Sequence record: PP777464.1
DNA length: 64,000 nucleotides
Reading direction: 5' to 3' (one strand)
A program made the translations under genes and the position numbers. Positions 52,036 through 62,503 of the stretch are shown here, one piece after another. The notes beneath the pieces are model-generated. The model made no database searches. It was not told the origin of the DNA and saw only the letters and a list, made by a program, of their open reading frames with translations. The stretch's first letter is position 1. Each line of letters starts with the position of its first letter.

Positions 52036-52305
52036 ATGATAACTGATGATGGAAAATATAGTTTTTCTGACGTTACGTTAGTTTCTAAAAATGGACGATT
52101 TATGTTTGAAGATAGAACTAACACGAAGTACGTATATGAAGTTTCTCATGATATGTTTAAGTACTTACTTATCGTATCAGCCCAGGCCGAAGCAATGGGT
52201 GTGAAGAACAAAGCAAACTCATTTAATTTTTTGTTTAATCAACTTGAAATGACAGAAGACTTATTCACTGCATTGTTGTATGATTATGCAGATTGGATTT
52301 CATAA
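52036..52305 (+). CDS. Hypothetical protein (89 aa)
   Basis: ORF between the terminator and the clamp loader. Confidence 0.6.
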   Translation: MITDDGKYSFSDVTLVSKNGRFMFEDRTNTKYVYEVSHDMFKYLLIVSAQAEAMGVKNKANSFNFLFNQLEMTEDLFTALLYDYADWIS

Positions 52306-52331
52306 ACACCTAATATACAAGGAAATAAAAC

Positions 52332-53285
52332 ATGACTACATTATGGACTGAAAAATACCGCCCACAAACTATGGAAGATTATGTATCTAAGAACGAAGCC
52401 CTACGTCAGAAGATGGAAGAATGGATTCGTACTGGTGATATCCCACATATTGGATTTTTTGGACCAGCAGGGACAGGAAAAACTTCAGCAATCAAAGTAC
52501 TACTGAATGGTCTGGAAGCTAACGGACACCTTGACCCTAGTGATGTAACAACACTGAATATGTCAGATGAAGGTATCGATGCTGTTCGTGACAAAATTGA
52601 TGCAGCAGCAAAACTATCATGTTTTGGTCGTTATCGTGTATTTGTTCTGGAAGAAATGGAACAAATGAACCACAAAGCACAGGGTAGCTTGAAACGTGTC
52701 ATGGAAGATTACCATGAAAATGCTCGTTTCATTCTTACCAGTAATGAACCACATAAGATTCAGAAACCTATTATCTCTCGTGTTCAGGTCATCACCATTG
52801 AGAAGCATGATATGGAACAATTCATGTCACGCATCTACAACGTACTATTGGCAGAAGGAGTAGATCTAAGTACTGATGAAAGTATTGAACAAGTACAAAA
52901 ATACATCAATGCTTCATATCCTGATTTCCGCAAAACGCTAAACGTATTGCAAAGTTCAGTAGTCGATGGTAAACTTGTAAAGCTTGAAGACAGTATTGAG
53001 AACTCTGCTGGGTATCGTACTGCCATTATTGATGCACTAAAAGCTGGTAACATTCGTCAAATGCGTGAGCAGATCGTGCAAAACATTCCTGATGATGAGA
53101 TGGATGCATTCTTCTCTTATCTGTATCGTAATGCAGAAATGTTCAGTACTGATGAAATTACTCTAATGAAAATTAAGGTTAAGATTCGTGACGCTGTTGT
53201 TAAACAAGCTACCGTGTCTGACCGTGAAATGAATCTCAGTGCATTACTGTGTGAGATTGACCTAATCTGTTCGGGGAACATGTAA
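52332..53285 (+). CDS. Clamp-loader AAA+ subunit (gp44/RFC-like)
   Basis: WTEKYRPQT, GPAGTGKTS, LNMSD, LEEME, SRVQ, YPDFRK. Confidence 0.93.
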   Translation: MTTLWTEKYRPQTMEDYVSKNEALRQKMEEWIRTGDIPHIGFFGPAGTGKTSAIKVLLNGLEANGHLDPSDVTTLNMSDEGIDAVRDKIDAAAKLSCFGRYRVFVLEEMEQMNHKAQGSLKRVMEDYHENARFILTSNEPHKIQKPIISRVQVITIEKHDMEQFMSRIYNVLLAEGVDLSTDESIEQVQKYINASYPDFRKTLNVLQSSVVDGKLVKLEDSIENSAGYRTAIIDALKAGNIRQMREQIVQNIPDDEMDAFFSYLYRNAEMFSTDEITLMKIKVKIRDAVVKQATVSDREMNLSALLCEIDLICSGNM

Positions 53286-53911
53286 TGAAAGACCGTTGTA
53301 TTGTATTCGACTGTGATGAAGTACTACTAGATCACATTGGTTCATTAGGAGAATACGCAAAACTCCAATATGATATCAACCCAACAACACCATACCCACT
53401 CGCATACGATTTATCTGAATGGTTTGGTGTTTCACGAGAAAAAGTTCAAGAGATCATTACTGAATTCAATCAACGTTCGTATATGTTTGGATTACTAAAA
53501 CCTGTAGAAACTAACACTGTAAGTATTATGCATGAACTGCGTGATCGTTTTTACAAGGAAAAATTCATAGTACTGACTAAGTGTGGTAAGAAAGGTTATA
53601 GCGAGGTACTTCGCAATACTAATCTTATGCATGTATTTGGTGAGACATGTTTTGATGAAATCATCATTGTTGAAATGAATGAATCTAAGCATGAAGCACT
53701 AGTAGAATTAAAAGAACGATATGACGTAAAACTGATGATTGATGATTATATCAATAATATTGAAACATCAATGGAATTGGGTATCCCATCAGTTATGATG
53801 CGAGCGTCCCACAATCATATGTATAAAAATGGTTATGGGTATGACTATGTTAACAACTGGGATGAACTACGTTTAAAAATCTATTCAGTACTGTCGAAAT
53901 ATTACCAATAA
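53285..53911 (+). CDS. HAD-family phosphatase / 5'-nucleotidase-like protein
   Basis: VFDCDEVL, VLTK, MIDD, HN motifs. Confidence 0.8.
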   Translation: MKDRCIVFDCDEVLLDHIGSLGEYAKLQYDINPTTPYPLAYDLSEWFGVSREKVQEIITEFNQRSYMFGLLKPVETNTVSIMHELRDRFYKEKFIVLTKCGKKGYSEVLRNTNLMHVFGETCFDEIIIVEMNESKHEALVELKERYDVKLMIDDYINNIETSMELGIPSVMMRASHNHMYKNGYGYDYVNNWDELRLKIYSVLSKYYQ

Positions 53912-53924
53912 TATAGTAAAAACA

Positions 53925-53949
53925 ATGGGGATTATTTAATCCCCTTTTA
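53925..53949 (+). terminator. Intrinsic terminator
   Basis: GGGGATT-ATTT-AATCCCC followed by TTTT. Confidence 0.7.
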
Positions 53950-54010
53950 TTGTTTTTTAAAAGTAGTAAATAGTATTATATGTGCTAGTTTTTTAAGGAT
54001 AATATAAAAC

Positions 54011-54577
54011 ATGGATGATTTAGATTATACAGATAATGCAGTCCAGCAGTTGTATGATAACAGCGGTATGCTAGATATACTTCTGGCTGTTGAAAAATAT
54101 TTTGATGATAATGATTTGTACGCATATCATGGTATCATCGAAGGTGAACTCGTTGAAGGTCCGATTGTTAGTAAGTACTGGTGTACTGTGACATTCAAAT
54201 ACTATCGTGAGAATTTCCCTGATCCTACTGCATTCTCAATTCTTGAGAAGCACGGGACTAAGGTATATGTGAAAGCAGATTATGAAATTACACCTATTCA
54301 AGATCCTAACCGTCAGGCTGATATGAAGAGTGTGGCAACGCAATCTGGTTCTGTTCGTATTCCAAAAAATGAACGAATTCCAGTTCTATTGGTTCGTGTA
54401 CAAATTCCTAGAAACCTAATCAACCCTGAAAGTTTTGATGAATACAAACTAATGGCTTCCGAGTTCAATAGTAATCCTATGAATGCACAAGAACCATCAG
54501 ATGAGCCAATTACTGGTGAAGATGTTGATTTAGATGTAGAAGTATCTGATGATGTACAACAAGGTGGTATGCAATGA
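54011..54577 (+). CDS. Hypothetical protein (188 aa)
   Basis: AAGGA RBS; AGTAAATA at 53965. Confidence 0.75.
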   Translation: MDDLDYTDNAVQQLYDNSGMLDILLAVEKYFDDNDLYAYHGIIEGELVEGPIVSKYWCTVTFKYYRENFPDPTAFSILEKHGTKVYVKADYEITPIQDPNRQADMKSVATQSGSVRIPKNERIPVLLVRVQIPRNLINPESFDEYKLMASEFNSNPMNAQEPSDEPITGEDVDLDVEVSDDVQQGGMQ

Positions 54578-55254
54578 AAAAGAAACTAAATGAACAAGGT
54601 TTACGTCCACAAGTACTAAAGGATTTGATTCATCCTATTATTAGTGTAGATGAATATACTCCTAAGATTGAAGATAGTAATATCGTTGTTATGTTTCAAG
54701 TACTAAACAACTTTGATGCTGCATATGACCTGTCATCTTTTATTGAGAAGTCTCCAATTGATGCAGTTGATACTGAAGCTGCTGAAACACCTAACCTGGA
54801 TGGTCGTTATCAGGTATTCGTTGAAATGGAACGTGATGCGGAATTTCCAGAAAACCTACTTCGTCTTATCAAAACTATTGAAAACATTTGCCCAAATCCT
54901 GGCTGGAAGATTCAGCTTTATGGTGTGAATGATCCGATTGATGTTGATTTTGATGAAATTCAACAACGTATCGATTTGGGTATTCCTAAATCCATCAGTG
55001 AATTTTTAGACTTTGCTGGTGTATCTGTTGTTAAAGAAGGTCACATGCTTGCACTAAACACTGCATATGGTAAACTACATTACAGTACTGGTAGTGGCTT
55101 TGTGTCAGAAGCATACGTAAAACAGCTTCTATCGAACGATACGCAGGTAGATACATCTCGCTTAAGTTCGGTACTAGGTGAAAGTTATAGCGTCCTACGT
55201 AGCGGTAATCAGTATGTAGTAGGTAAAGATGGGAAGTATTTGGTGTTACGATGA
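54574..55254 (+). CDS. Hypothetical protein, possibly head-associated
   Basis: Leader MKKKLNEQ; ATGA overlap. Confidence 0.7.
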   Translation: MKKKLNEQGLRPQVLKDLIHPIISVDEYTPKIEDSNIVVMFQVLNNFDAAYDLSSFIEKSPIDAVDTEAAETPNLDGRYQVFVEMERDAEFPENLLRLIKTIENICPNPGWKIQLYGVNDPIDVDFDEIQQRIDLGIPKSISEFLDFAGVSVVKEGHMLALNTAYGKLHYSTGSGFVSEAYVKQLLSNDTQVDTSRLSSVLGESYSVLRSGNQYVVGKDGKYLVLR

Positions 55255-56069
55255 GAATTTTAAACATGCTTAAATCTCTCCATGAGACTACCAAACTTCA
55301 CCAAGACGACAAGTATCATCGTAGTACAACTAAAGATTTGGCATGTAGAATGTATATGAGACGATTCGAAATTTCTCGAATCGGTAAAGGATGGGACGAT
55401 ATCAAACGTGAAGATATCGACCCTGATGCGGTATTCAAAGCATACATGGCACGAAAAGTTTTTATCAATGAGAAAACTTTTTATATTGACAGCGATAAAG
55501 AACTTGAAGTAAAATTTACGAAAGGCTTGTGGAAGATTTGGTGCTTAGAGACGTTCGGTGAAGTGTTACCAGAGCCACCAGTACCAGAAACTTACAAAGA
55601 TCTAAAAGCTATATTTGACAATGAACATATACATACAAATTACTCACTATATGAAACTGTTTCCGAAGCGGTATTTTATGGAGAGTTGAACGGTCATAAC
55701 AAGTACTTTGATAGTATGGTGAGTTTTGATTTATTCTGTCATCTCCCTGGTATCTCTAGTTGGACATGTGACCAGCATCGAGCTAGTAAGGTAGACAAGC
55801 GTAAGTTCTCTGCCCAACGCTTTATGCAAGCTGCTATGGGTATGTACAAATTGGATTATCTTGGGTGTCCAGAACCATATAAACATTTTTGGAAAGAACG
55901 TGCACAAAAGTGCATGAACTATTGTATAATTCGTTTAATGGATTCATACATTTTAAAATTCAGAAATGCAACTGTGTATGATATGCCGGAACCACCAAAG
56001 AATGAAAAGTACCCACCAGTAAAAACATTTGTGTGGTACAAGGACAAGAGTAACAAAAGGATGCACTAA
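55251..56069 (+). CDS. Hypothetical protein (272 aa)
   Basis: ATGA overlap; followed by hairpin AAGGATGCAC / GTGCGTCCTT and a T tract. Confidence 0.7.
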   Translation: MRILNMLKSLHETTKLHQDDKYHRSTTKDLACRMYMRRFEISRIGKGWDDIKREDIDPDAVFKAYMARKVFINEKTFYIDSDKELEVKFTKGLWKIWCLETFGEVLPEPPVPETYKDLKAIFDNEHIHTNYSLYETVSEAVFYGELNGHNKYFDSMVSFDLFCHLPGISSWTCDQHRASKVDKRKFSAQRFMQAAMGMYKLDYLGCPEPYKHFWKERAQKCMNYCIIRLMDSYILKFRNATVYDMPEPPKNEKYPPVKTFVWYKDKSNKRMH

Positions 56070-56099
56070 GGTGCGTCCTTTTTTTCTTTAAAAAATGGT

Positions 56100-56128
56100 T
56101 TGACAAATACATCGTGTGTATGTAGAAT
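56100..56128 (+). promoter_or_regulatory. sigma70 promoter
   Basis: TTGACA-N17-TAGAAT. Confidence 0.75.
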
Positions 56129-56168
56129 GTACGTATCGTATCAATTTTAATTAATTAAGAGGTTAGTA

Positions 56169-57296
56169 ATGAAAGGAAAATATTTTTTCATTGACAACGG
56201 CAAAGAAGTTGAAATCAAAGAATTTAACTTCAACTACGTTCTTAACTCACTGTTAAAACAGTATGATCGTTCATCGAATCGAAAATATATGTATACCATT
56301 GTTGTGGACAGAACATACGATTCATTGGGAAATCCACATTTCGACACCCGTTCACTTTCACTCGACGAGATCTATTTTGATAATCGCCGTTTGAAGGTAA
56401 TGGATTTGATGAAAGATAAAATTCATTTCTCAAATGTGAGAATCGTTCCAGATCTCCCAATTCCTCCGTTAGAGAAGGAGTACCGAGACTGGAAGGAAGG
56501 CAAACTTCGTCCAAACATGGCAGCAGTAGCTACTTCACCAGAAGTTCCGGCTCCTATTGTTCTTAAGAAGAAACCTATCGACCCTGAATGTGAGATGGTT
56601 GCTGACATTGAACGTTGGATGGAATTCCCAGATACAATTAAAAAAGATTCGGTAAAAGTACTGGATTGGTATGTTAACCTCCCAGTATGTGCACAAGAAG
56701 TTGGTATGAAGATTCAGAAGATCTCTGAGCGACAATTGGATTTGAACGCAGCACTACAACAACACAGTGATTATATCCGTTTATTAATGGGTAACCTTAC
56801 AACAGCACTGGAAAAGTTATTCCCGTTGAAGCCTACCTTTGCACAGAAGTTGTTTGGGAAAGCAGATATCAAAGTTCAACCATCTGATTTACCAAAAGTA
56901 ATGAAAGCATTGAATGAGGCCGTGAAGTACGATACTAACAAGTTTAGTGGTATTACGTCTTTATTCACTGAAATTCGTGAGGAAGTTCGTGAAATCAAAA
57001 ATGAACTTGAGTATGGTAAGATTGGGTGTGAATATGCAATTCGTCGTTTGGAAGATCCATTTGAATATGAACTAACGCTTGAACGTATTATGAAAATGGG
57101 TATTTCAACAGCAATGACTGAAACTAGTATTGTTGGTGTTAGTAAGCAGTATCAGATTGATATGAGCCGAATGATTGATATTCAAACTATCACTATCCCA
57201 TTGATTATAGGTCGTTTACAAGCTCAAACTGGTAAAGCAGTCGATGAAGATACTGCCAATATCATTCGCAACCTAGCGTATGGAAATAAAGAGTAA
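56169..57296 (+). CDS. Divergent TelA-like helical protein with an N-terminal extension
   Basis: C-terminal half helical with FAQKLFGK, similar to the neighbour's WVKKLFV; ends DIQTITIP versus DLKSVVIP. Confidence 0.45.
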   Translation: MKGKYFFIDNGKEVEIKEFNFNYVLNSLLKQYDRSSNRKYMYTIVVDRTYDSLGNPHFDTRSLSLDEIYFDNRRLKVMDLMKDKIHFSNVRIVPDLPIPPLEKEYRDWKEGKLRPNMAAVATSPEVPAPIVLKKKPIDPECEMVADIERWMEFPDTIKKDSVKVLDWYVNLPVCAQEVGMKIQKISERQLDLNAALQQHSDYIRLLMGNLTTALEKLFPLKPTFAQKLFGKADIKVQPSDLPKVMKALNEAVKYDTNKFSGITSLFTEIREEVREIKNELEYGKIGCEYAIRRLEDPFEYELTLERIMKMGISTAMTETSIVGVSKQYQIDMSRMIDIQTITIPLIIGRLQAQTGKAVDEDTANIIRNLAYGNKE

Positions 57297-57304
57297 AAAA
57301 GTAG

Positions 57305-57333
57305 TTGACAGTACTGAGTGTTGCCTGTAGAAT
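57305..57333 (+). promoter_or_regulatory. sigma70 promoter with an overlapping inverted repeat
   Basis: TTGACA-N17-TAGAAT; AGTGTTGC (57317) and GCAACACT (57346). Confidence 0.75.
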
Positions 57334-57379
57334 GTTTATCACTGAGCAACACTATCTTAAATTAACTGAGGAATACACA

Positions 57380-58522
57380 ATGTCCGAGAAAGAAATCAAT
57401 CCGAAAAAAGCAACAGTTAAACAAGCCAAAGCAACCAAAACTGCCAAACGTACTACCAAAACAGCAGCACACACAATTGACGCAACTGATATCTTCGAAC
57501 AACAGTCCAAGTCACTTCCAGTACTGAAAGATACTAAAGGCAACAGTATGGCTTTAACTGTGCAGAATATTAATACCATCGGAACCACTGCTGGGGCAGG
57601 TGTAGGACGTTTGGCTGATGAAATCATGTCAAAAGTTAACGTCACTGATGATAATACCGAATTCGGTAAGTCTATTACTACTATCTTGACATTGACTCGT
57701 GCAGTTGATATTGATAGTCTACAGGATGATAAATCAATCGTAGGCTGGGTCAAAAAACTTTTTGTTAATGCTAAACAGAAAGTTGGCGATCAGTACAAAA
57801 ACAGTAAAGAACAAATTGATGAAATCATGAACACTCTTCAGGTTGGTATTAACCGCCAGCATGGGGAATGTGCATGGCTAGACACTGCTTACAACGAAAA
57901 CAAAAACTATCTCTTTGAACTGCGTGATACGTTAGTTGAGTTGGAAGAAGTTACCAAAGCACAAGATGCTGAATTGGTAGCAATGCAAGCGAACCCTGAC
58001 GTTGATTCTTTTGCAATCCAGGAGCAAAAGATGATTTGTGAAGCTCTTTCTAAACAGGAAGATAAGATTCGTCGTCTTATCATGATGTGTGAACTGAGCG
58101 GTCCTCGCCTGATGAGTATGAAGAAAGTAAACCTCAACACTGTTTCTAAGTTTGAGGATTTGAAATCAGTTGTTATTCCAGCATGGAAATCACAATTGGC
58201 TGAACAGTTGATTTCCGAACGTCAACGTAAAGACAATGAGTTGGGTAATCTGATTGACAATGAAACTAACCGTTTACTCGAAGTAAACTCTAAAATGGTA
58301 GCAACTAACATGTTGGATGCTGCTAAGGCAAATAATCGTGGTATCGTGGATATTAAAACATTGCGTAATGTACACAAAACAATGATCGATAGCATCGAAG
58401 CAGTACTGATTGAAGAGAAGAAAGGTAAAGAAGAGCGTGAGCGAGCTAAGATTGAAATCGCAAAACTCTCTCATGAACTTGAAGATACTCTTCGTGAAAT
58501 TGCTGAAAAAGCTAACAAGTAA
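57380..58522 (+). CDS. telA: TelA/KlaA toxic-anion-resistance family protein
   Basis: IGTTAGAGVGRLADEIM, KKLFVNAKQK..QYKNSKEQIDEI, IPAWKSQL, GIVDIKTL. Confidence 0.8.
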   Translation: MSEKEINPKKATVKQAKATKTAKRTTKTAAHTIDATDIFEQQSKSLPVLKDTKGNSMALTVQNINTIGTTAGAGVGRLADEIMSKVNVTDDNTEFGKSITTILTLTRAVDIDSLQDDKSIVGWVKKLFVNAKQKVGDQYKNSKEQIDEIMNTLQVGINRQHGECAWLDTAYNENKNYLFELRDTLVELEEVTKAQDAELVAMQANPDVDSFAIQEQKMICEALSKQEDKIRRLIMMCELSGPRLMSMKKVNLNTVSKFEDLKSVVIPAWKSQLAEQLISERQRKDNELGNLIDNETNRLLEVNSKMVATNMLDAAKANNRGIVDIKTLRNVHKTMIDSIEAVLIEEKKGKEERERAKIEIAKLSHELEDTLREIAEKANK

Positions 58523-58525
58523 TAG

Positions 58526-58575
58526 TTGACACAAGAGTGCGTTTTCAATATAATGTTCTTATTGAAACGCACTCT
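58526..58575 (+). promoter_or_regulatory. Perfect sigma70 promoter embedded in a terminator-like inverted repeat
   Basis: TTGACA-N17-TATAAT; arms AGAGTGCGTTTTCAATA / TATTGAAACGCACTCT followed by a T tract. Confidence 0.8.
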
Positions 58576-58603
58576 TTTTTAATATACAGATAAGGAACGA
58601 AAT

Positions 58604-59293
58604 ATGAAACGCCGTCATGTTAGTGTTGATATTGAAGCTCTCGGTACTCCTGAAAACTCTGGTTATGATATTATTATTCCAAATTATGCAGCAGTAGTTG
58701 TTCCAAGTAAACCTGAACATGATATCAGACAATTTGTATATGTTAAGTTACCATACCAAGCACAAGTCAACGCTGGGCTGAAATCAGATGCAGGTGCAAT
58801 GGATTTCTGGATGAATACATGTCAGAAGGAATATCCTAATGCATATGCTGAAGTTGCCAGTACTATGGCACTAGTTGCACCAGAATTGTACGGTCCTAAT
58901 GGTAAATCCAAACAAATCTTTACTTCTAATGGTATTGTCGATTTCTGGAAAGATATCCGTTTTGATTGTTATGGTAAAGAGGTTGAACATTCAATTTGGG
59001 GAAATGGCTGCAACTTCGACTGTAGTATTTTACAAGCTAATCACTTAAAACTATTGAATGTTGGTGATTTGTGGAAATATGATGCTCCTGAAAACGCACG
59101 AACCCTGAAGCGTTTATTGAATGAAGAAGCTCGCACCGAAATGGATGAGATTGTGCCAGTGCAGTTAGCTAAATTCGTGAAGTATGTAGAAAAATGTGGT
59201 ATTAATGGTTTGGAATTACATCACCCTCTGTATGATGCAGCACGTGAAGCTATCCAAATCTCCTATTGTCTCAATAAACTTAAACTGGACTAA
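58604..59293 (+). CDS. DEDD-family 3'-5' exonuclease/exoribonuclease-like protein
   Basis: VSVDIEALGT, IWGNGCNFD, ARTL, HHPLYDA. Confidence 0.8.
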   Translation: MKRRHVSVDIEALGTPENSGYDIIIPNYAAVVVPSKPEHDIRQFVYVKLPYQAQVNAGLKSDAGAMDFWMNTCQKEYPNAYAEVASTMALVAPELYGPNGKSKQIFTSNGIVDFWKDIRFDCYGKEVEHSIWGNGCNFDCSILQANHLKLLNVGDLWKYDAPENARTLKRLLNEEARTEMDEIVPVQLAKFVKYVEKCGINGLELHHPLYDAAREAIQISYCLNKLKLD

Positions 59294-59296
59294 TAC

Positions 59297-60391
59297 ATGA
59301 ATTTTATTATTCTGTTGATTCCTTCACTTATCGTTGTATTTGTTATGAAATACATGTATGATAAGCACATCAGTACTAAAGAACTGTTGATTCATATTGG
59401 TTGTTGTATAGTTGGTGCTGCTCTTGTGCTTGGTATCTCATATGCAATCAACTACAGCCAATTGTACGATGTAGAGATTCTAAATGGGCAGGTAACATCC
59501 AAATATAATCACAAGGAGTTTTGTACACAATCAAGCTCATGTAAGCATTACACGTGGCACGAGAAATGCAGAACTCGTTATGATAGTAAGGGGAAATCCC
59601 ATCGTGAATGTGAGTCCTATAAGGTATTTGATTATTCATACGAAGTTGACTGGTATGTAAAAAGTACTGTAGGGAAGTTTGAGATTGAGCGAGTAAACCG
59701 TCAGGGTACAATGACCCCTCCACGCTGGCAACAGGTTAACATTGGGGATTATGCTGCCGCAGAAAGTTCTTATATTAACTATCTGTTCGCTGATAAAAAC
59801 TCATTGTTCAGTCCTGATGAATTACATGAAATGTATGATGAGAAATATCTTAGTACTTTACCAGAATACCCAAGTGTGGTAGACTATTATAAAACACACC
59901 ATGTAATCAACACTACTAATTATAATGTAGATGGTTATGATGAGTATCTGCGTGAAGAACTAAAAACTATGGGTGCACGTAAACAAGTCAACATCCAAGT
60001 TTTGGTTTATGATTATAAAAACGTAGATTTTGTTGAGGCAACACTCGCTTCGTGGCGTGGTGGTAAGAAGAATGATGTTATTATGTTCTTTGGAATTGAT
60101 AATGATGGGAAGATTGTTAAATTTGATAGCACTTCCTTTGCACAAGGCATGAAGAACGAAGAACTACATGCTAAGATGCGAATGGATGCATTAAATGAAA
60201 AATTAACTCTTGACTTGTTGAGCAAAGAAGTGCATAATATTGACACAAAGTTTGAAAGACTCTCTAATAAAGAGTTCGAGTACTTGTCTGTAAAAATGGA
60301 ACCACGTAAAGATGTTCTCATCGGTGCTTCTATTTTGTTACTGATTGTATCTATTTTCATTGGCCTTTATATGAGGGATAACAAGTTATGA
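59297..60391 (+). CDS. Membrane protein: two N-terminal TMs, a Cys-rich periplasmic region, a TPM-like region and a C-terminal TM
   Basis: Hydrophobic termini; WRGGKKNDVIMFFGI resembles TPM-domain cores. Confidence 0.6.
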   Translation: MNFIILLIPSLIVVFVMKYMYDKHISTKELLIHIGCCIVGAALVLGISYAINYSQLYDVEILNGQVTSKYNHKEFCTQSSSCKHYTWHEKCRTRYDSKGKSHRECESYKVFDYSYEVDWYVKSTVGKFEIERVNRQGTMTPPRWQQVNIGDYAAAESSYINYLFADKNSLFSPDELHEMYDEKYLSTLPEYPSVVDYYKTHHVINTTNYNVDGYDEYLREELKTMGARKQVNIQVLVYDYKNVDFVEATLASWRGGKKNDVIMFFGIDNDGKIVKFDSTSFAQGMKNEELHAKMRMDALNEKLTLDLLSKEVHNIDTKFERLSNKEFEYLSVKMEPRKDVLIGASILLLIVSIFIGLYMRDNKL

Positions 60392-60942
60392 ATGGTAAAA
60401 TTATTGCATTGATTGGTGTTGTTGTTGTATTCGGTCTTATGGCAATTGGTTCAGTTAGTATGTATGTAGATGCACATGACCGTGCTGTTGAATTTGAAGG
60501 TAATATTAAAAAGTACTATGATGCATCAGAAAGTCAACTAAGTAAATACACTCTTGTCATTCAAGAAAAAGTACAAGTTTCTGATAAGTATAAGGATGCA
60601 TTGAAAGAAACCATCGAAACATACTTTAAAGGTCGTGAAGGTGTTGACCAGAAGTTTGTGATGTCACAGATTCAACAACAGGTTCCTAATCTCGATCCTA
60701 AGATTTATCAAGAACTTATGGTAACTATCGAGTCAGGACGTACACAGTTCAACAATCTTCAGAAAATGAAAATTGACCAGTGTACTGATTATGCTAAGTT
60801 CCGTAAAGGTTTCTGGAACTCCAAAATTCTTGATACTAACACATTCCCAAGTGAAAATATTGAACATTTATGTACAGTAGTTTCTGATACACGCACTAAG
60901 AAAGCAATGGATACTGGTATCCAAGAAGTAATTAAACTATAA
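60388..60942 (+). CDS. LemA-like membrane-anchored helical protein
   Basis: N-terminal TM followed by coiled segments; IQQQVPNL; coupled to the upstream gene. Confidence 0.55.
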   Translation: MNGKIIALIGVVVVFGLMAIGSVSMYVDAHDRAVEFEGNIKKYYDASESQLSKYTLVIQEKVQVSDKYKDALKETIETYFKGREGVDQKFVMSQIQQQVPNLDPKIYQELMVTIESGRTQFNNLQKMKIDQCTDYAKFRKGFWNSKILDTNTFPSENIEHLCTVVSDTRTKKAMDTGIQEVIKL

Positions 60943-60949
60943 TCTAAAT

Positions 60950-60974
60950 TTGGGAGTACATTGTACTCCCATTT
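60950..60974 (+). terminator. Intrinsic terminator
   Basis: GGGAGTACA-T-TGTACTCCC followed by ATTTT. Confidence 0.65.
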
Positions 60975-60989
60975 TCTATAGGATTTATT

Positions 60990-61577
60990 ATGTTTTTAAA
61001 AAATACTTATGAATTAATTAAAATGCTTCAAAATATGAATTCCGGTGGTCTATTCCCGTATCACTCTGAGGATAAAACTCATCGTTTAGTTTTGAAATTG
61101 GATGAAACTGGGCGTATTGCATCACTAAGAACGGCTGTTCCAAATATAGATCAAGTAATTATGCCAACAACTCCGAATTCAGGAACTGCTGTTAATACAC
61201 CACAAACATATAACTCAAACTACCAACATCCACAGATGTATACGATTAGTACTCCATCTATTACAAGAGTTGCTTGTATTGTTACTATAAAAGTATCAAA
61301 AGACTATCGTGATTTAATATCAGTTGAATGGTCGGAACTAACATCAGCATTTGCAAACAATGGGCTTGTTGTAACAAATGCTGGTATAGCAGTCAATGCA
61401 AAAGAAGGACAACAGATAATGAGTGCGTTGTATCTTAGCAATGGTTATGTTATCATTAATGGGAAGTTGTATTGTAACACCGAACCAGAAGCACTCACTG
61501 AAGATTTGATTAGTGAAAAAGAATATAGTCTTCTTGAAATTATGAATTTAAAAAAGGTATATGAAAACTGTGATTAG
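60990..61577 (+). CDS. Hypothetical protein (195 aa)
   Basis: AGGA RBS. Confidence 0.7.
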   Translation: MFLKNTYELIKMLQNMNSGGLFPYHSEDKTHRLVLKLDETGRIASLRTAVPNIDQVIMPTTPNSGTAVNTPQTYNSNYQHPQMYTISTPSITRVACIVTIKVSKDYRDLISVEWSELTSAFANNGLVVTNAGIAVNAKEGQQIMSALYLSNGYVIINGKLYCNTEPEALTEDLISEKEYSLLEIMNLKKVYENCD

Positions 61578-62145
61578 ATTTGATCAAGACGATTTGCCAT
61601 TTATCCAAGAACTAGAAGAACTAGTTACGGTAACGATGCAAGAAATTAGTTCATGGGATATAACAGTTTTTAGGAACGTATATGATAAAATTACAAACTT
61701 TAAAACTGTTAATATTGAGGTAAAACACAATAACTTTTACTTAACAAAAGAATTCATTCTAAAAAGACCAGGAACGATCCAACCGAAACGTAATTTGTCT
61801 TTTGCTCAAGTTCTCGGTGCTAAGACAAGGAATGATGATGATTTGAATGAATCAATATATTCGTATATTAAAGAGCGTTCTCCTGATGTTAAGAAGAGAT
61901 ATTACCTTTGTGTTACATTTGATGAACAAGGAAAACTAAATGCGTATTCTATAAATTCATCAGCACACGTCCCATTACATTCAACGTCAATTGGTGATAA
62001 ACAATTACTAATCGATTCATCAACATGGCATAATAGGGAAAATTTTGCCACTGAAACTTTTCAGTACTCGGTATCTGAACCAAAGTCTCCATTTGATTTT
62101 GTGTTTGTTAATAACATCCTTTTACGTTTTGGGGTAGGAGTCTAA
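61561..62145 (+). CDS. Hypothetical protein (194 aa)
   Basis: AAGG RBS, overlapping start. Confidence 0.7.
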   Translation: MKTVIRFDQDDLPFIQELEELVTVTMQEISSWDITVFRNVYDKITNFKTVNIEVKHNNFYLTKEFILKRPGTIQPKRNLSFAQVLGAKTRNDDDLNESIYSYIKERSPDVKKRYYLCVTFDEQGKLNAYSINSSAHVPLHSTSIGDKQLLIDSSTWHNRENFATETFQYSVSEPKSPFDFVFVNNILLRFGVGV

Positions 62146-62147
62146 AT

Positions 62148-62501
62148 ATGCTAATTTATTTGAGTGTTCTTGTTATTTCATTACTGGTATCATTAGCAGT
62201 ACTGAAAGTTGTTGCTATCGGTCGTAGTAAAATTGATAGTACTGAAACCAGTTCTGTGTTGGACCTAATTATGGATCATCCAAAGATCTGTACTGGGATT
62301 GTTGTGTTTGTTCTTCTTATAGGAACATTCATTGTACGTACACATTTATACAATATGTATGACTGTAGTGTTCGTTCAATTTCCCAGGGTGTTGAAACCG
62401 ACTATAGCTGGTACTATGAGAAATGTCGCTTCAAAAACCAGCATGGTATTTGGGTTGATTTTGATAAACTGCGTGGCACACCATCTGGTGAAGAAGAGTA
62501 A
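62148..62501 (+). CDS. Membrane protein with two TM segments
   Basis: Two hydrophobic stretches; AGGAG RBS. Confidence 0.7.
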   Translation: MLIYLSVLVISLLVSLAVLKVVAIGRSKIDSTETSSVLDLIMDHPKICTGIVVFVLLIGTFIVRTHLYNMYDCSVRSISQGVETDYSWYYEKCRFKNQHGIWVDFDKLRGTPSGEEE

Positions 62502-62503
62502 TT

